Origin: a virus | Virus record (IMG/VR): IMGVR_UViG_3300022932_000015 | Location: 30,210 to 94,209 of that record | Strand: one strand, 5' to 3' | DNA length: 64,000 nucleotides | Shown here: piece after piece, positions 57,401-64,000 of the stretch | Numbering within the stretch: the stretch's first letter is position 1 | Layout: each line of letters begins with the position of its first letter | Translations under genes and position numbers: made by a program | Notes under the pieces: model-generated | Databases searched by the model: none | What the model saw: the letters and a program-made list of their open reading frames with translations, nothing else | Told to the model about the DNA's origin: nothing

Positions 57401-59163
57401 CAGCACCATATAACTGTGTAGCAAATGATCCTGAATTTAAAAAATTATTGGCATTATATTACAAGCCTAATAATTCATTATATGGTGGAGCTACTTATGT
57501 AGCAAGAACTAATAATGAATATATAGCTTGTGGAGAATATATACCAGTTGTACAAAATAATATTCCTAGTCCTTATGCAGGATCTTATACCTTCAATAAT
57601 TTTGGTGGAGACACATTTACAGTCATCTATGATATGATGAAAACTGTGAAGAGTAATGGTGCTACTTATAGAGTTTATGAACATAATGGATCTGGTGTAT
57701 TTCAAGGCTTAGCTACTAGACAGGCTAAATTTAGTACTTCATTTTTCTTTCCTTGTACAACTGTCTATAATGCAGAATTAAGAACTGGAGCTCATCCAAA
57801 TAGAAGTTTGCAGAGTGATGGAGGTTATGGAGAAGATGAATATGAATACAATGATTATTGTAATGCAGAATCTGATGTTAAGAAGTTTTTTGCTAAACCA
57901 CTAAACTTTCAATTTACAGACGAATGGATAAATAGAATTTATTTCTCAGAAGTAAAGTTTAATAATGAAACTCAAGATAGTTGGTCAGTATATAATACTA
58001 ATAACTTTTATGATGTAGAAGGAAATTATGGAGGTATAAATTGTTTAATATCTCTTAATGGACAAATGCATTATATACAAGATAGAGGTATTGGTATGTT
58101 ACTAATAAATCCTGTAGCTATGGTAAATGCAGGTATTGGATCTGATGTAAAATTAGGTCAAGGTAAAACTATTGAAAGGCATTTATACAAAGGATTAGAT
58201 ATTGGTACTAAGCACCAATGGTCAGTCTATAGATCTCAAAGCCAAATACTGTTCTTAGATGTAAGACATAAAAAATTATATTCTTATAATGGAGAACAGG
58301 TAACTCCTATATCAGATTTAGGAGGTCAGAGAAATTTTATAGTTAAAAAACTACATGATAATATATTGGTAAATGACAATCCAATTATAGGCAAAGGTAT
58401 ATTAACAACATATGACTATTATCATAATGAATTCCTTATTACATTCTTGAATGAGAATACTGAACAGTTATCAAATAGTACAGATGAATTCTATACAATA
58501 GCTTTCTCAGAATTTCAAAACAAATTCTCAAGCTACTATTCTTTCAAACCAAATATATATATAAACAATAATAAATATTTATTGTCAAATGTAAATTCTA
58601 ATTCAGATATAAAGAGTAGCATATATTTCCATAATTATGGTAGGTATGGAGAATTCTATGGAGTTCTAAACAAGAGTACTTTAAAAACCCTAATTAATGA
58701 TAATCCAAAGTACACTAAGATATTTGATAATTTAATATGGTTATCAGAATCTATAAAAGATAATATTGAATGGTCTGATGATTTAAATATATATCCAGGA
58801 GCTATAACTAATCCTAGTTATCCTGATAATGTAAATAATCAGTCTGATACATTTAATAGAGTAAGAGTTTACAATGATTGGCAGAATACAGACTTTACAA
58901 CTTTAACTCTAGCACCACCTAATAATAACTTGACTAGGAAGGAGAGGAATTTTAATCTACAAATACCTAGAAATAAGTTTGACTATGATGTTAATAATCC
59001 TTCAACAAGTTCTTTGTTTGAGAATTCAAAACTTACTAGAATGACCTTTGGAGAGAGGATAAGAGATAAGTACATAATAGTTGACTTAGAGTATCCTAAT
59101 ACTGCTAATAACAGATTTATAATTAATAACCTTCAAAGTATCTATCGTATTTCTGATAGATAA
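54499..59163 (+). CDS. tail stabilisation / muzzle protein (P22 gp10-like)
   Basis: 1554 aa; F..GMN.D start, YWTD, E.YRFGI.F, FGGD.F, FSSYYSF.P, K.FDN, ERIRDKY. Confidence 0.8.
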   Translation: MESITNFNDGMNSDLSKLIPRKNSYVQALNFRGVTELGESNGSLVNIKGNECKISFPITQDIFKLQVTNMGGNTNDSLTITVNGSSTSSITITAGTSGIQIYNLLKALPNCYQTTNGTPTTPTFAVGYGKDYVIIYQQPEYKDCGPAVQSVFPNTVVNRSTLGEGQTRGYTLMFIDTAKNPQPTQNNGSYVLTHNNLYIIGSTFIGEDIYLLTADEEVGIIPANDSFTGTSHIWKLSIDDITKQHTLTLLYTNYLDLTRFHPVAPSAITGRYESSDIKRIYWTDFYSKIRTLNVADPQLMAYDPILLSVTPRVNFTQAILQGIGSGSLDAGCYQLSYRMSKTLGAVTNISAESAPVYLTATPESNTFENYYGASGPTGKSIIWQLDNLDTNYDQIEFIVTYRNYASITPTIKSLGTVTLLSSMTVTYADAANEDYEPVNLEEYLLLANVFTHAKTVDTKDNRLFWGNIKVVQKELESFDSRAFRANDLGQIKLTNNGISGIFTPSTAQATLFTEDTINEYYTSSGDYSANACYLKPSTATTTKILGGEGKYISYEFGTQSIQTDGNFKITSGSNYDIANLPLATLLRPNNPAISDIDLTYHYPQNGKWTSLKQPERTSILRGFQHEEIYRFGIQFFDLEGNPYFTKWIGDIKMPSYGDINNNPDGDALGNGINDFRLSYGAASNTAQYAQILYVKFTVDVSSLEGLIGGYQIVRVKREGSNRTIWGCGMLNPFWPLGGNDLTATSAVLPASWDGKRGDFVTPGPVNNPNTRYYSPAPTQRSVETLNVDSSYGDFDKYKMFDCWDTDAGLRPGFSAGDKILIRGRLKCINYNADGAYRAFFGTKNNDSSGNPVPPDNQRINYLGTTPPFTTDSNNDSGAQEPFFIMKMNYEASYANYQAFLTSGFAQDFTLAKGEYLLGNTATVSSVGGKLIKNYGEDADTGSIGVTGNPSYGKQTLFVEFTTPLHETTAPYNCVANDPEFKKLLALYYKPNNSLYGGATYVARTNNEYIACGEYIPVVQNNIPSPYAGSYTFNNFGGDTFTVIYDMMKTVKSNGATYRVYEHNGSGVFQGLATRQAKFSTSFFFPCTTVYNAELRTGAHPNRSLQSDGGYGEDEYEYNDYCNAESDVKKFFAKPLNFQFTDEWINRIYFSEVKFNNETQDSWSVYNTNNFYDVEGNYGGINCLISLNGQMHYIQDRGIGMLLINPVAMVNAGIGSDVKLGQGKTIERHLYKGLDIGTKHQWSVYRSQSQILFLDVRHKKLYSYNGEQVTPISDLGGQRNFIVKKLHDNILVNDNPIIGKGILTTYDYYHNEFLITFLNENTEQLSNSTDEFYTIAFSEFQNKFSSYYSFKPNIYINNNKYLLSNVNSNSDIKSSIYFHNYGRYGEFYGVLNKSTLKTLINDNPKYTKIFDNLIWLSESIKDNIEWSDDLNIYPGAITNPSYPDNVNNQSDTFNRVRVYNDWQNTDFTTLTLAPPNNNLTRKERNFNLQIPRNKFDYDVNNPSTSSLFENSKLTRMTFGERIRDKYIIVDLEYPNTANNRFIINNLQSIYRISDR

Positions 59164-59253
59164 TCAACCTGATTATACAATATATTTGGATATTATAACA
59201 ATAATACTTATATTGTATTATACTCATCCAATTATAATAAACTCAATTATATA

Positions 59254-61476
59254 ATGAAAAGTAAAAATAAATATAGCAAAAAACCAACTATACTTCCTAA
59301 GTATTATGTTGGAGGAAATCCAAATTTTAACGAAGAAAACTTTGATACTATGCAAGCTCCTCAAACAGGTGGAGCTAATGATGTATACAATCAAAGAAGA
59401 AGTCAAGGAGCTAACATAGGACAATATGCAGCTTATGGTCAAAGTGCTATGAATTTGGGAAATCAACTTCAAGCTAATAATCAGCTAGATGAATCAGAAA
59501 GACAAATGGCTAATAATCAAGCTATTAACTCTACTATTGATTCTACAGCAGGTTCAGTTTTACCATGGTATGGTCTTGCAAAAGGAGCTTCTAACATGGG
59601 TAAATCTACTTTACCAAAAGATGCTCAGGGAAATATTGTTGGTGGTGGGAATAAAGCTGCAAATGAGATTATGACTGCTGATCATCAACATATGATTAAT
59701 GATATCCAGAATAAGAATTATGTTGCTCTAGGATTAGATTCAATGGGTATTGGTAAGTTTGGTAGAGCTATTAGTCAACTAACAGGACATTCAAATGATA
59801 CTACTGGTGGATGGAAAGGTTATAATAAAGCTTTTGGTGTTACTCCTGATAAGGAGGCACAGTTTGCAGGTGGTGGTATGAATATGCAGCCAAATGCTGA
59901 AGTTGAGAAACAAGAAAATAGTATTTCACCAAGTGGTGAATTTACTCAATTCAATGGACCAAGCCATGAAAATGGTGGTATCCCAACTAATCTAGATAAG
60001 GGGGAAATGATTTTCTCAGACAGACTTAAATTAGGTAAAAAAACATTTGCACAATTAAATAAACCTAATAATACAAACAAAGAAGATAAAATTTTAGATT
60101 CTAAAGATAGTACAACTTTAAGTAAGAAAACTGCAGAGTTAATGAAGTCTGCTAAATTAAGAGTTAGTGAGAACTTGTTTAAGGCTCAAGAGCAACTTAA
60201 GAGAGATAAAGTAATGTCTTATGCAAAGAAGATGGGAGTTGCTGTACCAGAGAATGGAGAGTATGCTTCAGGAGGTCGCTATAATGTACCAAAGTATCCA
60301 TATGGTGGACCTGGAGTCAAAAATGTAACTCCTCCAAATGTGAACTCTATATCTAAATGGCATGAGTGGAATCAAGCACAAGGAAATTTACCAGTAGAAG
60401 GTCATCAAAATCAATACTATAATCCTAAGGAATATGTGCAAACACCAAGTGGATATACTAAAGTTGGAGATGTTGGTAAAACAGTTAACTATAATAATGA
60501 TCCTTCATATACACCATTTTTAAATTTCTATCAACCTAATCAAGTTAATAAGCCAAGCGCTGGAGCTTCATACCAACCTAATGTAAATATAGGTAAGACT
60601 CTACCTAAGTTCACTTATACTAATGACCCATCATTGGGATCTTATGATCAACAATTTGAGAATTATAAGAAAGTTAATGTAGGTACTTTTGCAAATGGGG
60701 GAGTTAATGATCCAGAAGATGATTTAATGATTCCTAAGCAAGCCTATAATCCTTATAACGGATTAATGAATGCTCCAGTTTATAATCCTAGTATGTATGG
60801 TACTGGGAAATATGATCCTGCTGATATGGAACTTAGAGGTAATCCTCAGATTCAAAATGTTCCACAATATCAACCAGATAATATTCCTAGTAATAACTCT
60901 AATAAACCAAACTGGAAAAACATTGCTACTCAAGCAGGATTATTTGCAGCACAAAATGCAGGTAGTATATATGATTTAGTAAATAGACAAAAGCCAGAAG
61001 TCACAAAATATGATAGAATTACTGCAAGTACATTAGATCCAACAGCAGCAATAAGAGATGTAGATTCAGAAACCAAGAGAGCTACTTACAATGTGAGAGA
61101 TGCTAGTGGTGGTAATGCTGGTTCTTATATATCTAATAGAGTTGCTTTAGCTACTCAAAATGCTTTATCAAAAGATAGAGTTAGACAAGAATATGGAAAT
61201 ATAAATGCCCAAATATTAAATAGAGTTGCTTCTGAAAATGCTCAAATATCTAGAGAAGAAACTGAAAGAAATAAAATGGCTAGAGCTAATGCGAGAAGTA
61301 CTACACAATCTGCTATAGGTAGCATTGGTAGTAATACAGTTGGACAATATAGAGATGCTAAAGCTTCTAAATATGATCAACAATCATTAGATAACTTAAG
61401 TGCTTTATATTCTGCTTTAGAAAAAGATCCTCAATTAAAAGCTAAGTGGGAAAAAACTAGAAAAGGATACAAATAA
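59254..61476 (+). CDS. putative injected cargo protein
   Basis: AEVE...GPSHENGGI...IFSDRL motif, repeated (F/Y)A.GG, Asn/Gln-rich. Confidence 0.6.
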   Translation: MKSKNKYSKKPTILPKYYVGGNPNFNEENFDTMQAPQTGGANDVYNQRRSQGANIGQYAAYGQSAMNLGNQLQANNQLDESERQMANNQAINSTIDSTAGSVLPWYGLAKGASNMGKSTLPKDAQGNIVGGGNKAANEIMTADHQHMINDIQNKNYVALGLDSMGIGKFGRAISQLTGHSNDTTGGWKGYNKAFGVTPDKEAQFAGGGMNMQPNAEVEKQENSISPSGEFTQFNGPSHENGGIPTNLDKGEMIFSDRLKLGKKTFAQLNKPNNTNKEDKILDSKDSTTLSKKTAELMKSAKLRVSENLFKAQEQLKRDKVMSYAKKMGVAVPENGEYASGGRYNVPKYPYGGPGVKNVTPPNVNSISKWHEWNQAQGNLPVEGHQNQYYNPKEYVQTPSGYTKVGDVGKTVNYNNDPSYTPFLNFYQPNQVNKPSAGASYQPNVNIGKTLPKFTYTNDPSLGSYDQQFENYKKVNVGTFANGGVNDPEDDLMIPKQAYNPYNGLMNAPVYNPSMYGTGKYDPADMELRGNPQIQNVPQYQPDNIPSNNSNKPNWKNIATQAGLFAAQNAGSIYDLVNRQKPEVTKYDRITASTLDPTAAIRDVDSETKRATYNVRDASGGNAGSYISNRVALATQNALSKDRVRQEYGNINAQILNRVASENAQISREETERNKMARANARSTTQSAIGSIGSNTVGQYRDAKASKYDQQSLDNLSALYSALEKDPQLKAKWEKTRKGYK

Positions 61477-61478
61477 TA

Positions 61479-61510
61479 TTTGGTTATATTAATAATTAAT
61501 CTTAATTTTA
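61479..61510 (+). promoter_or_regulatory. Bacteroidota-type promoter for the homing endonuclease
   Basis: TTTG-N20-TAATTTTA, with ATG at 61515. Confidence 0.55.
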
Positions 61511-61514
61511 CATC

Positions 61515-62105
61515 ATGCTAATTAATAATGTGTCTGGAATTTATAAAATAAGAAATACGAAGACTGATGAATTTTATATAGGTTCTAGTGTGAAATTAAA
61601 TAAAAGAAAAAATCAACATTTTCTAGCTTTAAGAAATAATACCCATTGTAATTCACATTTACAGAAAGTTTATAATAAGTATACTGAAAATAATTTAAAC
61701 TTTGAGATTTTATTTACATGTCCAAAAGAACATCTAATAGAGTTAGAACAACTTTGTATTGATGAACTAAATCCATATTATAATATTCAGAAGGTAGCTG
61801 GAGGTAGTCCTTTAGGATTAAAAAGATCTGATATTACTAGAAGTAAAATTAGCATAGCGCACAAAGGCAAAAAATTAACAGAAACTCATAAACTGAAATT
61901 GGTAAAAGGGAAAGAAAACTATAAAGGTAAAATATACCAATATAGTGTAGATAACAAATTAATTAAAATCTGGGATTGTCTTACAAAAGATATAGCTACA
62001 GAGCTAAATTTAAAAAAACAATCAATACTAGAAGTATTATGTAATCGAAGAAATTCTTTACATGGTTTTAAATTTAAATATGAAAAGGAGGTTTTAAATG
62101 ATTAA
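61515..62105 (+). CDS. GIY-YIG homing endonuclease with NUMOD3/NUMOD1
   Basis: SGIYKI...FYIGSS...R...H...E..C...YN; KISIAHKGKK; IYQYSVD. Confidence 0.9.
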   Translation: MLINNVSGIYKIRNTKTDEFYIGSSVKLNKRKNQHFLALRNNTHCNSHLQKVYNKYTENNLNFEILFTCPKEHLIELEQLCIDELNPYYNIQKVAGGSPLGLKRSDITRSKISIAHKGKKLTETHKLKLVKGKENYKGKIYQYSVDNKLIKIWDCLTKDIATELNLKKQSILEVLCNRRNSLHGFKFKYEKEVLND

Positions 62106-64000
62106 TGAATACGATAGATCCACAAGAAATCCTTATCAATCAGTTTATGTACCTTTACCTTTAGACTATCTTTCTGGTATTGCTAAGGGAATGCAGGGAG
62201 AATATGATAAAGGAGTAAAAGCTTCTGATGATTTTACTAAGTTAGGACAAGCTATTAAAGCTTCTCCAGTTGGAGAAGGTATAAAACAACAACTTATCAG
62301 TGAAATGAAATCTGATATGGATAAAGCATATAACTCCACAAAGTCATATTCTTCTCCTGAGTTTCAAAGAACTGTTCAAGAATTATCTAATAAATGGTAC
62401 AATGATCCTAGGATAACTTACTTAAAAGCAGAAAAGGATTTATTTGAAACTACTCAAAAAGAATCAGCTGATCCTAAGAATGCTCGTAATTTAAATTATA
62501 CCTATAATAAGTTCTATGATCCTAGAACTGGTACCTATAAACAAGCTAAGTCAATAGATGAGCTACCTCTAAATTCTAGAGTTACACAGTATGCTGATGC
62601 TTATAAAGCACAATCAGATATTATGAGTAACATTGCTTCCTCTATGACTGGAGGATCTAAAGGTTATGATTTCTCTCACCCTCAATCAGGAGTAGGTCCT
62701 GGGGGAGAATATTATGCTTTTAATAAAGTTACTTCTCAGGTAGAGAAAGTAAGTCCTGAGATGGTTAGAAACATTGCTAATGCTAGTGTACCTCTATATG
62801 CTAAAACAGATGCAGGTACATATGAGTTACAAAAAGAAGCTCAAAAGTATATTGGAGATAAAGCCTATGGTTTAGACTACGATAAGCTAACAGAGTTGGC
62901 TTCACAAAATGAAGGATATAGTTCGCTATTACAAAATATTAATAATAAATTTCAACAAGATTTAACAGGAGTAGGTAAAAAACAAATCTTTACTAAATCT
63001 AAATTTGATGTTGATAATATGACATTAGGAGATAGAGCAAGAGCTGGTAAAAATGATCAACTAGCTCAATTAGCATCTACAACTCCAGAAATATTAAATC
63101 TTAGAGATAATGGAGATTTAAAATCTGTTATGCCTGAGGGATTGTCTAAATTCTATAACAATAATAATTTAGATTTAAGTAATACAGTTCAAGCAGGATC
63201 TAAAGAAGCTGGAGATAGAATTGCTAACATTGGAGGATATTTGAATCTAGATTTAGCTAGTAGTAATAAATCTAATGATATTAATAAGAATGCTGTTGAA
63301 TACGTTAATAACTTATTTGATTATGGTTCTAAGATATTAGGAGTATCTAAAGGAGAAGTGGCAAAATTATACGGTCAACAAAAAGATGGTTATGCTTGGT
63401 TAAAAGGATTAAATGAAAATCACTTTAGAAATCTAACTCTAGAAAAGAATATTGGATCTACATTACAAGCTCCTGAACAAGCTGCTGCTACTAGTTTCTT
63501 CTTAGGCGGAAAACCAACAGAAAAAGAGGCAGGTAAAGCTATCGCTCCTAATATTAGAAATTCAGAGATTACTGATATGCAAGGTAAATTAGTAACAGAT
63601 AAAGAAGGAATAAATTCAAATAACTTTAATGTATCTTCTATTGGGTTTGATAAGCCTGGTCAAGTTGTTTTATCTGGAGCTGATGGTACTCAATTCTTAA
63701 TGAATACTAATTATGAGACATTTAAAAACATTACCAAACCTATTGTTGATATAAACAAAGGTGCAACAAATTACTTAAAAACTTTTGAGTTATCACAAGA
63801 TCAAAAACAACGTCTTGGTGTAGATAAAGCTCCTGTATTTAATACAACTATTGGTAATGTAAATGTTAAAGGTGAGGCTATTGATTGGCATAATTATAAG
63901 TTAAATAATAACAACTATGATGTTGTTACATTTACTACTAGAGCTAATTCTGGATTACCAGAAGTATATGTTAACTATAAAGTTACAGATAATAATGGCA
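62098..64000 (+). CDS. large putative cargo/virion protein, runs off the window edge
   Basis: Own translation MINEYDRSTRNPYQSVYVPLPLDYLSG...; appears open to the window end. Confidence 0.7.
   Translation, partial: MINEYDRSTRNPYQSVYVPLPLDYLSGIAKGMQGEYDKGVKASDDFTKLGQAIKASPVGEGIKQQLISEMKSDMDKAYNSTKSYSSPEFQRTVQELSNKWYNDPRITYLKAEKDLFETTQKESADPKNARNLNYTYNKFYDPRTGTYKQAKSIDELPLNSRVTQYADAYKAQSDIMSNIASSMTGGSKGYDFSHPQSGVGPGGEYYAFNKVTSQVEKVSPEMVRNIANASVPLYAKTDAGTYELQKEAQKYIGDKAYGLDYDKLTELASQNEGYSSLLQNINNKFQQDLTGVGKKQIFTKSKFDVDNMTLGDRARAGKNDQLAQLASTTPEILNLRDNGDLKSVMPEGLSKFYNNNNLDLSNTVQAGSKEAGDRIANIGGYLNLDLASSNKSNDINKNAVEYVNNLFDYGSKILGVSKGEVAKLYGQQKDGYAWLKGLNENHFRNLTLEKNIGSTLQAPEQAAATSFFLGGKPTEKEAGKAIAPNIRNSEITDMQGKLVTDKEGINSNNFNVSSIGFDKPGQVVLSGADGTQFLMNTNYETFKNITKPIVDINKGATNYLKTFELSQDQKQRLGVDKAPVFNTTIGNVNVKGEAIDWHNYKLNNNNYDVVTFTTRANSGLPEVYVNYKVTDNNG

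Noticed and set aside
30955-60979. Minus-strand or nested ORFs in the structural arm (41931, 45986, 49456, 57478, 59489, 60770 and others)
   Set aside because: Overlap long structural genes; composition fits antisense or alternate-frame artefacts.
1-64000. Genome-wide TAG or TGA recoding as in some crAss-like phages
   Set aside because: Long genes are intact in the standard code, TAG ends genes at natural C-termini (e.g. SSB ...LPF), no suppressor tRNA was seen, and only one internal TAG was found.

Overview
AT-rich 64 kb segment of a Bacteroidota-infecting, crAss-like (Crassvirales-type) phage genome in the standard genetic code, with two divergent arms meeting at about 28.45-28.6 kb. The minus-strand arm (1-28.4 kb) holds replication genes (5'-3' exonuclease, primase, SSB, Sak4-like ATPase, DnaB, SF2 helicase, split Prim-Pol, family A DNA polymerase), a MoxR/VWA pair, many small early genes, a tmRNA and an atypical tRNA. 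The plus-strand arm (28.6-64 kb) holds terminase, portal, major capsid, ring/tail/lysis genes, the muzzle protein and cargo proteins. The standout is a compact twin-cassette diversity-generating retroelement at 20.65-22.75 kb, ordered target1-TR1-RT-target2-TR2-tmRNA. One reverse transcriptase sits between two paralogous small non-structural target genes. Each target has its own ~60 nt template repeat exactly 148 nt from its variable repeat, differing only at adenines (15/15 mismatches in each pair), and each TR lies in a structurally conserved, co-varying RNA scaffold. No avd gene is recognisable. Other points: a possibly very long tmRNA tag, a promoter-driven ~290 nt structured ncRNA candidate upstream of the packaging genes, an amber-interrupted N-terminal domain of the MoxR gene, and long hairpins between early genes. 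Protein calls come from motif recognition and gene order only; no database searches were run.
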